Part shown: one piece after another, positions 38,701-52,224 of the stretch
Numbering within the stretch: the stretch's first letter is position 1
Layout: every line of letters starts with the position of its first letter
NCBI GenBank assembly: GCA_964016885.1
Contig: OZ024746.1
Span: forward strand, 61,876,001-61,940,000
Direction of reading: 5' to 3'
DNA length: 64,000 nt
Source: Eledone cirrhosa
Taxonomy: Eukaryota
The notes under the pieces: model-generated
The model's database searches: none
The model's input: only the letters and a program-made list of their open reading frames with translations
Told to the model about the DNA's origin: nothing
Position numbers and translations under genes: made by a program

Positions 38701-41700
38701 TCTTCAATTCTATCGTTCTTTCTCTCCTTCCTTCTTCCATTCTATCGTTCTTTCTCTCGTTCCTTCTTCCATTCTATCGTCCTTTCTCTCGTTCCTTCTT
38801 CCATTCTATCGTTCTTTCTCTCGTTCCTTCCATTCTATCGTTCTTTCTCTCGTTGCTTCTTCCATTCTATCGTTCTTTCTCTCATTCCTACTTCCATTCT
38901 ATCGTTCTTTCTCTCGTTCCTTCTTCCATTGTATCGTTCTTTCTCACGTTTCTTCTTCCATTCTATCGTTCTTTCTCTCGTTCCTTCTTCCATTCTATCG
39001 TTCTTTCTCTCGTATTTCTTCAATTCTATCGTTCTTTCTCACGTTCCTTCTTCCACTCTATCGTTCTTTCTCTCGTTCCTCTTCCATTCTATCGTTCTTT
39101 CTCTCGTTCCTTCTTCCATTCTATCGTTATTTCTCTCGTTCCTTCTTCAATTCTCTCGTTCTTTCTCTCCTTCCTTCTTCAATTCTCTCGCTCTTTCTCT
39201 CCTTCCTTCTTCCATTCTATCGTTCTTTCTCTCCTTCCTTCTTCCATTCTATCGTTCTTTCTCTCGTTCCTTCTTCCATTCTATCGTTCTTTCTCTCCTT
39301 CCTTCTTCCATTCTATCATTCTTTCTCTCGTTCCTTCTTCCATTCTATCGTTCTTTCTCTCGTTCCTTCTTCCATTCTATCGTTCTTTCTCACGTCCCTT
39401 CTTCCATTCTATCGTTTTTTCTCACGTTGCTTCTTCCATTCTATCGTTCTTTCTCTCGTTCCTTTTTCCATTCTATCGTTCTTTCGCTCGTTCCTTCTTC
39501 CATTCTATCGTTCTTTCTCACGTTCCTTCTACCATTCTATCGTTCTTTCTCTTCTTCTTTCTTCCATTCTATCGTTCTTTCTCTTGCTCCTTCTTCAATT
39601 CTATCGTTCTTTCTCTCGTTCCTTCTTCCATTCTATCGTTCTTTCTCTCGTTCTTTCTTCAATTCTATCGTTCTTTCTCTCGTTCCTTCTTCCATTCTAT
39701 CGTTCTTTCTCTCGTTCCTTCTTCCATTCTATCGTTCTTTCTCTCGTTCCTTCTTCCATTCTATCGTTATTTCTTTCGTTCCTTCTTCCATTCTATCGTT
39801 CTTTCGCTCGTTCCTTCTTCCATTCTATCGCTCTTTCTCACGTTCCTTCTACCATTCTATCGTTCTTTCTCTTCTTCTTTCTTCCATTCTATCGTTCTTT
39901 CTCTCGTTCCTTCTTCCATTCTATCGTTCTTTCTCTCGTTCCTTCTTCAATTCTATCGTTCATTCTCTCGTTCCTTCTTCCATTCTATCGTTCTTTCTCA
40001 CGTTCTTTCTTCAATTCTATCGTTCTTTCTCTCGTTCCTTCTTCCATTCTATCGTTCTTTCTCTCGTTCCTTATTCAATTCTATCGTTCTTTCTCCCGTT
40101 CCTTCTTCCATTCTATCGTTCTTTCTCTCGTTCCTTCTTCCATTCTATCGTTCTTTCTCTCGTTCCTTCTTCCATTCTATCGTTCTTTCTCTCGTTCCTC
40201 CTTCCATTCTATCGTAATTTCTCTCGTTCCTTCTTCTATTCTATCGTTCTTTCTCTCGTTCCTTCTCCCATTTTATCGTTCTTTCCCTCGTTCCTTCTTC
40301 CATTCTATCGTTCTTTCTCACGTTGCTTCTTCCATTCTATCGTTCTTTCTCTCGTTCCTTCTTCCATTCTATCGTTCTTTCTCTCGTTCCTTCTTCCATT
40401 CTATCTTTCTTTCTCTCGTTCCTTCTTCCATTATATCGTTCTTTCTCTCGTTCCTTCTCCCATTTTATCGTTCTTTCCCTCGTTCCTTCTTCCATTCTAT
40501 CGTTCTTTCTCACGTTGCTTCTTCCATTCTATCGTTCTTTCTCTCGTTCCTTCTTCCATTCTATCGTTCTTTCTCTCGTTCCTTCTTCCATTCTATCTTT
40601 CTTTCTCTCGTTCCTTCTTCCATTATATCGTTCTTTCTCTCGTTCCTTCTTCCATTCTATCGTTCTTTCGCTCGTTCCTTCTTCCATCCTAACGTTCTTT
40701 CTCTCGTTCCTTCTTCCATTCTATCGTTCTTTCTCTCGTTCCTTCTTCAATTCTATGGTTGTTTCTCTCGTTCCTTCTTCCATTCTATCGTTCTTTCTCT
40801 CGTTCCTTCTTCAATTCTATCGTTCTTTCTCTTATTCCTTCTTCAATTCTATCGTTCTTTCTCTCGTTCCTTCTTCCATTCTATCGTTCTTTCTCTCGTT
40901 CCTTATTCCATTCTATCGTTCTTTCTCCCGTTCCTTCTTCCATTCTATCGTTCTTTCTCTCGTTCCTTCTTCCATTCTATCGTTCTTTCTCTCGTTCCTT
41001 CTTCCATTCTATCGTTCTTTCTCTCATTTCTTCTTCCATCCTATCGTTCTTTCTCTCGTTCCATCTTCAATTCTATCGTTCTTTCTCTCGTTCCTTCTTC
41101 TATTCTATCGTTCTTTCTCTCGTTCCTTCTTCCATTCTAACGTTCTTTCTCTCGTTCCTTCTTCCATTCTATCGTTCTTTCTCTCGTTCCTTCTTCCATT
41201 CTATCGTTCTTTCTCTTGTTCCTTCTTCAATTCTATCGTTCTTTCTCTCGTTCCTTCTTCCATTCTATCGTTCTTTCTCTCGTTCTTTCATCAATTCTAT
41301 CGTTCTTTCTCTCGTTCCTTCTTCCATTCTATCGTTCTTTCTCTCGTTCCTTCTTCCATTCTATCGTTCTTTCTCACTTTGCTTATTCCATTCTATCGTT
41401 CTTTCTCTCGTTCCTTCTTCCATTCTATCGTTCTTTCTCTCGTTCCTTCTTCCATTCTATCGTTCTTTCTCTCGTTCCTTCTTCTATTCTATCGTTCTTT
41501 CTCTCGTTCCTTCTTCCATTCTAACGTTCTTTCTCTCGTTCCTTCTTCCATTCTCTCGTTCTTTCTCTCGTTCCTTCTTCCATTCTATCGTTCTTTCTCT
41601 CGTTCCTTCTTCAATTCTCTCGTTCTTTCTCTCGTTCCTTCTTCCATTCTATCATTCTTTCTCTCGTTCCTTCTTCCATTCTATCGTTCTTTCTCTCGTT

Positions 41701-41815
41701 CCTTCTTCCATTCTATCGTTCTTTCTCTCGTTCCTTCTTCCATTCTATCGTTCTTTCTCTCGTTCCTTCTTCAATTCTATCGTTCTTTCTCTTGTTCCTT
41801 CTTCAATTCTATCTT
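26765..41815. repeat. 32-bp satellite (TTCCATTCTATCGTTCTTTCTCTCGTTCCTTC)n, about 15 kb (roughly 470 monomers)
   Basis: Direct reading; variant patterns recur at kb spacing. Confidence 0.97.
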
Positions 41816-42295
41816 TCTTTCACCTCTTTCTTTTTTCCCTTCCCCCACTCTTTCTTTCTTTCTTTTTTTATTTATTTATTTCTCTTTCTTTCTTCTTTCT
41901 TTCTTCTTTCTTTCTTTCTCCTCTTTCTTTAATGTTCTTCCTTCCTCTTTCTCCTCTTCCTCCATACTTTTTTCGTTTTCTTCTCTTTTAAAAAAAATAA
42001 CTAATTACTTAACTAACCAATTAATTAATTAAATTCTTTCTTTCACTGCCTTCTAAATCTCAGTTTTCCCTTTTTTCACCAAATCATTGTCTCCTCCCCC
42101 TCCTCCTCCTCCCCCCCCCCCCCCTCCTCCTCCTCCTCTCACCCCCACTCCTCTTTGACACACCTTCCCCTCCTCCTACTCCCCCCATGCTCACTCACCC
42201 CACCCTCTTATAACTCTCTAATCCCTACTGCATCTCGTACACTCCTCCTCCCTCACATCCACACATTTTCTCCCGTTTCTTCCACTTCTTCTTTC

Positions 42296-42415
<120 letters not shown>

Positions 42416-42689
42416 ATCTCTATCTATCTATCTACATCTCTCTACATCTCTCTACTTACTCTATATCACTTCCCCCTCTACCTAATCCCCCCTCTCCTCC
42501 CCTTCTCTACCCCCTCTCACCACCACCACTCACCACTGCTGACATCAGATGATCCAGGTAACCCATGTAGTCACACCATAACAACAATCTATATTATATT
42601 AATGAGACAACACTTGGTTCTAATGGCCAGGTGAATGCATAGCTTTTTAATTAGAAGCTTATTAATAAAGGCAGCAGCAGCAGCAGTGA

Positions 42690-43395
42690 ACGAGCAACAA
42701 CAACAACAACAATAACAATAACAATTTAAATCATCTTTCTCGCCATCGTCAGCAGCAACAGCAACAGCAACAACAACAACGGCAACAGCAACAACAACAA
42801 CAACAACAACAGCAACAGCAACAGCAACAATAGCAACAGCAACAGTAATAACAACAACAACTGCAATAACCACAGTAATAACGTCAACAACAGCAACAAC
42901 AAAAACAACAACACCAACAACAGCAACAACAACAACAATAACCGCAGTACTAACGTCAACAACCGCAACAACAGCAACAGCAACAACAGCAGCAACAACA
43001 ACAGCAACAACAGCAACAACAACAACAGCAGCAACAACAGCAGCAACAACAACAATAACCGCAGTACTAACGTCAACAACAACAACAATAACAACCACAG
43101 TACTAACAACAACAACAACAACAACAACAACAGCAAACTGCTGCAACAGCAGCAACAACAACAATAGCCACATCAGCAGCAATAATAACAGCAACAACTA
43201 ACAGCAACAATAACAACAGCAACAACCACAATATCATCATCATCAAGAAGAAGAAGAAGAAGAAGAAGAAGAAGAAGAAGAAGACGAAGAAGAAGAAGAA
43301 GAAGAAGAAGAAGAAGAAGAAGAACAACAACAACAACAACATAAGAGCGAGTACCTCAGCAGCACTAACAACATCAACAAACAATAACATCAGCA
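42690..43395. repeat. (AAC/AGC)n and (AAG)n microsatellites
   Basis: Direct reading. Confidence 0.9.
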
Positions 43396-43526
43396 TCTAA
43401 TTGTAGGTATTCTTATAATTAGTAAGTTGGGGTTTAAGGTAACAGTTGAACCCTTAAACCAGGGCCCTAAAAACTGGGTAAAACTGGGTAAAACAACTTA
43501 TCAGCTGTTTGTTACTTCAACCTGAG

Positions 43527-43759
<233 letters not shown>

Positions 43760-43763
43760 TATG

Positions 43764-43804
<41 letters not shown>

Positions 43805-43813
<9 letters not shown>

Positions 43814-44349
43814 TAAACAAATAATGAACAAACAATTCCTTATATTAAACAAAAAAAGTTCACTATTTAACGATCGTTTCTAGGGTATATATGTGTTATA
43901 ATTGGTATGCATATTCAACAGATCTATGTACAAAATTATACAAAATTATACAAATTATCAAGATTAAATATACATACCTAACACATATATACGCCGTCTT
44001 CAGAAATAATGAATTATTTCTGAAGACGGCGTATATATGTGTTAGGTATGTATATTTAATCTTGATAATTTGTATAATTTTGTATAATTTTGTACATAGA
44101 TCTGTTGAATATGCATACCAATTATAACACATATATACCCTAGAAACGATCGTTAAATAGTGAACTTTTTTTGTTTAATATAAGGAATTGTTTGTTCATT
44201 ATTTGTTTAATATTTTATCTTGACTCTGTATACCGTTTATCTTTCACCGAAAGTGGATTTTCATTACATCTCTTCTTTCCATGATATCCGGAATACATTG
44301 AGTTCTTCATACGGATTGGACACTACCGTAAACTCTTGGTAGATTTATC

Positions 44350-44352
<3 letters not shown>
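43805..44352 (+). mobile_element. Hammerhead element family H1 with 206-bp fold-back palindrome, flanked by (TA)n
   Basis: Arms 43805-44010 / 44013-44218 are apparently perfect; a diverged second copy lies at 46209-46550 (-). Confidence 0.8.
44013..44161 (+). ncRNA. Type I hammerhead ribozyme with very long stem II
   Basis: ATTATTT-CTGAAGA(44020)-about 116 nt hairpin-GAAA(44143)-CGATCG-TT-AAATAGT; palindromic stem III; mirror copy on the minus strand at 43862-44010. Confidence 0.7.
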
Positions 44353-44389
<37 letters not shown>

Positions 44390-44413
44390 CATATATATAT
44401 ATATATATATATG

Positions 44414-44569
<156 letters not shown>

Positions 44570-44580
44570 TATATATATAT

Positions 44581-44855
44581 ATATTTATTAAAATAACAAA
44601 TTAAAGTTTAAGCAAAGAATCGTCTTCCTGTCTTCCTCCGGTTGCAACGTTTTTTGAAATATTCACTTCTGCGTTCACAGATTGACTTTGTTAGTTTCAG
44701 AAGATCCCGTTAAGGGTGAAAGCAGCGATTCTTTGCTTAAACTTTAATCTGTTATTTTAATAAATATTTGCTCTACGGTTCTTATATATTTGATATATAA
44801 TTATCCTTATCGAGCCCTCTTTGGATTTTAGTCTTCAAATTTATTATTATTACTA
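44581..44855 (+). mobile_element. Hammerhead element family H2 with short inverted 5' arm
   Basis: Hammerhead fold 44693-44743; 44581-44622 is inverted relative to 44726-44767. Confidence 0.7.
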
Positions 44856-44864
44856 TATATATAT

Positions 44865-45309
44865 GGAAAGTTATATTTAAATTGTTGGGTTACAACTAGT
44901 AAATATTTATAAGTGATATAAAAGCACTCAACAAGTATTAGGAGTATATTTACGATATTAAATAAATGGAAACTATATTTATAAAACCATATCTATTTCA
45001 CTATATATATTTCAGGGATATCATATTAACAATATGTTATGCCTTCCTCAGACAAAATACAATATAGACAGTTTTATAGATAAATAGATTTGACATACCG
45101 TTCAACATCGACTTGTATTTGAAAAATCAAATCAACTTTTTCAAATACAAGTCGATGTTGAACGGTATGTCAAATCTATTTATCTATAAAACTGTCTATA
45201 TTGTATTTTGTCTGAGGAAGGCATAACATATTGTTAATATGATATCCCTGAAATATATATAGTGAAATAGATATGGTTTTATAAATATAGTTTCCATTTA
45301 TTTAATATC

Positions 45310-45312
<3 letters not shown>
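44865..45312. mobile_element. Hammerhead element family H3 with 176-bp palindrome arms (44951-45126 / 45137-45312)
   Basis: TTTTGT-CTGAGGA(45212)-AGG...CCT-GAAA(45250)-TATATA-TA-GTGAAA; mirrored on the minus strand. Confidence 0.75.
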
Positions 45313-45391
<79 letters not shown>

Positions 45392-45424
45392 AAAATAACA
45401 GGAGGCTGGACTTGTGTATTTTGA

Positions 45425-45482
45425 ATACCTGATGATATTACCGGATTCATACGGAACCCGGTCATTGAAATGATCATAGTAT
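45425..45482 (+). ncRNA. Minimal type I hammerhead ribozyme in the loop of an inverted repeat (element 45384-45676)
   Basis: ATAC-CTGATGA-tattACCGG...CCGGTcatt-GAAA-TGATCA-TA-GTAT. Confidence 0.75.
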
Positions 45483-45719
45483 AATAAACCTTTCAAGGAT
45501 TTACACAAATCCAGCCTCCTGTCATTTTATTATAATATTTAACTCCGTACTCGCACCACCAACTACACTAACAAAGACGGCTGAACTGCTTTACGTTGAG
45601 TACTCTCCATATTATTACATTAAGATTGACCATACGGAATGACCAGCTCTATCCAGTGGTGAACCTTCAAACCTAAATATATATATATATATATATATAT
45701 ACATACATACATACATACA

Positions 45720-45761
<42 letters not shown>

Positions 45762-45846
45762 CATACATATATATATACATACATACATATATATACGTAT
45801 ATATATAATATACATACACACATATATATATATATATATACATACG

Positions 45847-45975
<129 letters not shown>

Positions 45976-46208
45976 GTAATAGACAATAATTAAATATATA
46001 AATAGATAAATAGATAAATAAATGCCATTGTTAAATAATATATAAATCAACTAATACCTTAACACTTCACACAAAGTAAAACATTTCGTTTTAATCATTT
46101 TCTAACCCAGAAAAAAGAGAGGGAGAAACAAAAAATGAAAAAAATATATTTTTCCTCCTCATAATCGTCTCTTTCTCCCTGTTTTCATATATATATATAT
46201 ATATATAT

Positions 46209-46550
46209 GTGTAGATAAATCTACCAAGAGTTTACGGTAGTGTCCAATCCGTATGAAGAACTCAATGTAATCCGGATATCATGGAAAGAAGAGATGCGTT
46301 CAAAAATCACTTTCGGTGAAAGATAAACGGAATACAGAGTCAAGATAAAATATTAAAAAAATAATGAATAAAACAATGAAACAGTTCCTTATATTAAACA
46401 AAAAAAGTTCATTATTTAACGATCGTTTCTGGGATATATATGTGTTAGAATTGGCATGCATATTTAACAGATCTATGTACAAAATTATACAAAATTATAC
46501 AAACTATCAAAATTAAATATACATACCAACTCATATATGCCGTCTTCAGT
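46209..46550 (-). mobile_element. Hammerhead element family H1, second copy
   Basis: Diverged homologue of 44013-44352; core retained at 46411-46549. Confidence 0.75.
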
Positions 46551-46810
46551 TATAAACATTTATATTTGTTGAATTACCAACAAATTGAATATCCCTTCTG
46601 CTTTTATATATATATATATATATATGTAGAAGTTATATTTAATTTGTTGGGATACAGCAACCAAATATTTTTATAACTGATATAAAGCAATCAACAAATT
46701 ACTGGAGTAAAAATATCATATCATGTCTCCCTATCCGGGAGCTTCCAACAGACATGGTCGCATTCTTTAAGGGTATGTCAATATTTGTTTATAAAACTGA
46801 TCTATATTAT

Positions 46811-46873
46811 ATTTTATCTGATGAAATCGCACCATAATTTGCTTTGGTGTCCTTGAAATATATATAATGAAAT
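46811..46873 (+). ncRNA. Type I hammerhead ribozyme (H3-related)
   Basis: ATTTTAT-CTGATGA-aatcGCACCA...TGGTGTcctt-GAAA-TATATA-TA-ATGAAAT. Confidence 0.65.
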
Positions 46874-46976
46874 AAATATAGTTTTATAAATATAGTTTCC
46901 ATTTGTTAATATATTGTATATATATATATATATACGATATTAAACAAATGGAAACTATATTTATAAGACCATATTT

Positions 46977-47040
46977 ATTTCGTTATATATATTTCTGGGA
47001 TATCATATTAACAATATGGTATGCCTTCCTCAGACAAAAT
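46977..47040 (-). ncRNA. Type I hammerhead ribozyme (H3)
   Basis: Minus strand: ATTTTGT-CTGAGGA-...-GAAA-TATATA-TA-ACGAAAT. Confidence 0.65.
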
Positions 47041-47218
47041 ACAATACATAAGCTGTTTTATAAACAATTAGTGACATACCTTGTAATAATGCAACTTCCA
47101 TTTAAAAAGTTGATCCATTTGTTTAATATCGTAAACCTACTCCAGAAACTGTTGAGTGCTTTTATATCAGTTATAAAATATTTACTCGTTGTAACCCAAC
47201 AATCTTAAATAAAACTTT

Positions 47219-47307
<89 letters not shown>

Positions 47308-47486
47308 AGGAGGTGTGTTTTATTGTAGCACAATAAAGCAATCCAAATATCGGATAAGTAGCACTCAACCTTCCCACCTTCCTTTCCTCTTCCCAATCTC
47401 ATACATCCATCTTATTTTATTTTTCATATGCTGATTTAACACTTCACTGCTCGCAAGTGTTTTTTAAGCTTCATACCATGTCTCCC

Positions 47487-47557
47487 TATTATATCTGATG
47501 AGAACGCAAATATCATCCTATGATGATATTTGTTTTTGAAATGCGCATAATAAAATA
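47487..47557 (+). ncRNA. Type I hammerhead ribozyme
   Basis: TATTATAT-CTGATGA-gaacGCAAATATCATC ctat GATGATATTTGTtttt-GAAA-TGCGCA-TA-ATAAAATA; palindromic stem III. Confidence 0.75.
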
Positions 47558-47587
47558 CATGGAACTCTTTTAACCATCTTTTGATTT

Positions 47588-47660
<73 letters not shown>

Positions 47661-47686
47661 ACTACAACTAAGCTGACACACACACA

Positions 47687-47762
<76 letters not shown>

Positions 47763-47823
47763 TAACAAATTAAAGTTTAAGCAAAGAATCGCTTTGGATT
47801 TTAGTCTTCAATTTTATTATTAT

Positions 47824-47880
<57 letters not shown>

Positions 47881-47952
47881 CACGCATATATATATATATA
47901 TATATATAAGTATGTATATGTACATATATATATGTATACAGACGTACGGTAG

Positions 47953-48012
<60 letters not shown>

Positions 48013-48146
48013 CATGCACACATATATATATATATGTACGTATGTACTTATGGATTCACCGAACATTTATTATAATACTCGGTGTGTTTGTAAACAAACA
48101 TCCCGAATTAAGAGCCGTTGCTCATTTGTTCAACACTGACAAAGGA

Positions 48147-48189
48147 ACGCTGTACTAGTTTCAAGCTTATTAGCTATCGTCAAAAACGT
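48147..48189 (-). ncRNA. Degenerate hammerhead ribozyme
   Basis: Minus strand: ACGTTT-TTGACGA-tAGC taataa GCTt-GAAA-CTAG-TA-CAGCGT (C3 changed to T). Confidence 0.5.
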
Positions 48190-48374
48190 ATACCTTCCTG
48201 CCAGATGATTGAACGTCTGAAAGTATATACTTTCCTTGTGCATATTAACGGCTGAGCAGTATATATACATACTACTGTACGTCTGTATACATATATGTAT
48301 GTACGTATACATACTTATATTTAAGTAACAGCCGTACTAAGAGTGAGAAATGAAATTTCGTTTTATCTTTTCCG

Positions 48375-48427
<53 letters not shown>

Positions 48428-48429
48428 GA

Positions 48430-48471
<42 letters not shown>

Positions 48472-48624
48472 ACACAAATTTAAAAACAAACCACTTCCGA
48501 TCACGTATATATAAAAATTTAAAAAATGCATCATCATCATTATAATAACAGCAGCAGCAGCAGCAACATGAAAGATCCGTTTATATTTATAAGTAACTTC
48601 AACCTCATACTTCTGACTGAGATG

Positions 48625-50040
48625 CATACACGTGTACACATACACTCACTCAACCAAGCACGCACACACACACACTGCCACACACACACACTGTCACGCA
48701 CACACACACACATACACACTACCACACACTGTCACATACACTCACAGGGCCACGCACACACACACTATCACACACTCACAGAGCCACGCACACACACACA
48801 CACACACACATTACAACATACACACACACTGTCTCATACACACACTGCCACATAACACACTCACTGTCACATATACACATACACACACACACACACACTG
48901 CCACATAACACACACATGCACACTACCACATACACACACTGCCACTTAACACACACGTGAACACTGCCACATACACACACATGCACACTGCCACACACAC
49001 ACACTGCCACATAACACACACATGCACACTGCCACATACACACACTCATGCACACTGCCACATCCACACACTGCCACATAACACACACATGCACACTGCC
49101 ACATACACACACTGCCACATAACACACACATGCACACTGCCACATACACACACTGCCACATACACACACTACCACATACACACACATGCACCCACCCATT
49201 GCCACTTATACAGCTATAAAGAAAGGAGTAGCTATCCTCTAGGCTGGCTGAATTGGTAGACAGTCTGACAATACCTGGCTCTATGTAGTTTATGTTCTGG
49301 TTTCAAATCCTGCCGTCGTCAACTTTATATTTTTATTTCTTCGGAGTTGATAATATCAAATATTAGTTCAAATGTTGGACGGAGTTGATTTTAATATTTC
49401 TTTTAAGTATTCCTAAATGTGAATGGAACAAACGAAGACTTCCAACGACAGCAGCAACAACAACAACAACAACGACAGCAACAGCAACAACAACAGCAAA
49501 AACGACAGCAACAACAACAACAACAACAACAGCAATAACGACAGCAACAACAACAACAACAACAGCAATAACGACAGCAACAACAACCGCATCAGCAACA
49601 ACAACAACAACAACAACAACAACGATAGAAACAACAACAACGACAGCAACAACCGCACCAGCAACAACAACTGCACCAGCAACAACAACAACCGCAGCAG
49701 CAACAACAACGACGACAGCAATAACAACAACGACAGCAACAACAACAACAACCGCACCAGCAACAACAACAACGACAGCAAACAACAACAACAACGACAG
49801 CAACAACAACAACGACAGCAACAACAACAACGACAGCAACAACAACGACAGCAACAACAACAACGACAGCAACAACAACAACGACAACAACAACAACAAC
49901 AACAACCGCATCAACGACAACAACAACCGCAGCAACAACAACAACAACGACAGCAACAACAACCGTAGCAGCAGCAACAACAACGACAGCAACAACCGCA
50001 GCAGCAACAACAACAACCGCAGCAGCAGCAACAACAACCG

Positions 50041-50074
<34 letters not shown>

Positions 50075-50532
50075 GACAGCAACAACAACAACAACAACAA
50101 CCGCAGCAGCAACAACAACAACCGCAGCAGCAACAACAACAGCAACAACAACAACAACAACAGCAGCTATAATATGAACAATAACAGGGAGGAGAAGGAG
50201 GAGGAGACAAAAATGAGAAAGATCCGTTTGTTTTTTTTGTTTTTAACATTCCCGTCACAGCGTTTGTGTTGATTAATTCTGGGGCAGCAACAAACCCAAC
50301 ACACACACACACATATATACATACACTCACACATACACACACACACATATACATACACTCACACAGACACACACACTCACACAGACACACACACACACAC
50401 AGACACTCACACAGACACACACACATACATACACTCACATACACATACACTCACACATACACACTCACACACATACACTCACACAGACACACACACACAC
50501 ACACATACACTCACACACACACACACACACAG

Positions 50533-50569
<37 letters not shown>

Positions 50570-50802
50570 TACACTCACACATACACACACACAGATACAC
50601 ATCCACTCACACAGACACACACACATACACTCACACACACATACACTCACACACACACACACACAACACACACACACACACACACACATACAGAGAGAGA
50701 GAGAGAGAGAGGGAGCAGTATATGTATATTTATTTAAATTAGCATGTGTACAACAACGTAACAACAACGAGAATGACGACAATCTTAAGGATTACCGTGT
50801 AA

Positions 50803-50845
<43 letters not shown>

Positions 50846-50852
50846 GCTGCTG

Positions 50853-50890
<38 letters not shown>

Positions 50891-50999
50891 GCTGCTGTTG
50901 CTGCTACTACTGCTACTGCTACTGCTACTGCTACTACTACTACTGCTACTGCTGCTACTACTGCTACTGCTACTACTACTGCTACTACTACTACTACTG

Positions 51000-51031
<32 letters not shown>

Positions 51032-51071
51032 GCTACTGCTACTGCTACTACTACTACCACCACTACTACTT

Positions 51072-51166
<95 letters not shown>

Positions 51167-51218
51167 GCCACCACCACCACCACCACCACCACCACCACCA
51201 CCACCACCACCACCACCT

Positions 51219-51284
<66 letters not shown>

Positions 51285-51542
51285 ACAATGGTAATATAAC
51301 GAGAGTGGAAAAGTTTGAAGTCGTCTGTCGAAAAGCACCATTTTAGTTATGACTTCCACTCGACTGAAGTTGTTTGAGTGTCTGGTCGTTGAAGAAACTC
51401 ATAGTCACATCACAAAAGATCTATTAACCAGTCAAGTCAGATGTTACATTTAAGGACGAGCTCTATATAAGATCACCTCTCTTCGTTCTCTTAATATTCT
51501 CAACACACACACACATATACACATTTATACATACACATACTT

Positions 51543-51607
<65 letters not shown>

Positions 51608-51640
51608 CACGCACACACATATACACTTACACATACTTAT

Positions 51641-51672
<32 letters not shown>

Positions 51673-51770
51673 TCACTGACACACACACACACACATACTT
51701 ATACTCATACACACACACACGCACACACACACACACACACACATATATACATTCACTCACTCACACACAC
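48625..51770. repeat. Series of (CA)-derived, (AAC/AGC/GAC)n and (TAC/TGC/CAC)n low-complexity arrays upstream of the Gbx-like exon
   Basis: Direct reading; short unique spacers lie between the arrays. Confidence 0.85.
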
Positions 51771-52009
51771 GTATAGAGGTGCACATACACACTAACTCTC
51801 TATTTTCTTTCTATTTCTTTCTCTTCCTCTTTATCTTTCTTTCTTTTCTCTATTCTTTCTTTCTTTATTCTCTCTTTCTTTTTCTTCCTTTCTCTCTCTC
51901 CTCCCCCTCTCCCCGTTTCTCACTCTCCTCCTCTCTCTCTCTCTCTCTTCCTCTCCCCCTCTCGCCCCTCTCCCCTCCTCTCTCTGTATGTCACTCTTTT
52001 ACTTGTTCT

Positions 52010-52110
52010 TTTGTCACAGGCCAACTAAAACCGGCTTCGTGAGTGAGCGAACGTATTTTAATGAAACTATGGTGCGTCCCTTGGCGCGCGCGTGTGTTGT
52101 TTTTCCATAG
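52010..52110 (+). promoter_or_regulatory. Candidate proximal promoter / TSS region of the Gbx-like gene
   Basis: Unique CpG-containing island (CCGGCTTCG, GGCGCGCGCG) after a CT-rich tract, about 500 bp upstream of the ATG. Positional inference only. Confidence 0.3.
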
Positions 52111-52170
52111 TGTTGAGATTTCATTCAAACACCACCACCACCACTACTAACAACAGCAACAACAACAACT

Positions 52171-52224
<54 letters not shown>

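Noticed and set aside
26734-42032. Very long ORFs (up to 1889 aa) rich in S/F/L
   Set aside because: The 32-bp monomer lacks stop codons on the plus strand and all three frames give the same periodic peptide; a satellite artefact.
43891-44132. Near-identical 78-aa ORFs on both strands
   Set aside because: A by-product of the DNA palindrome.
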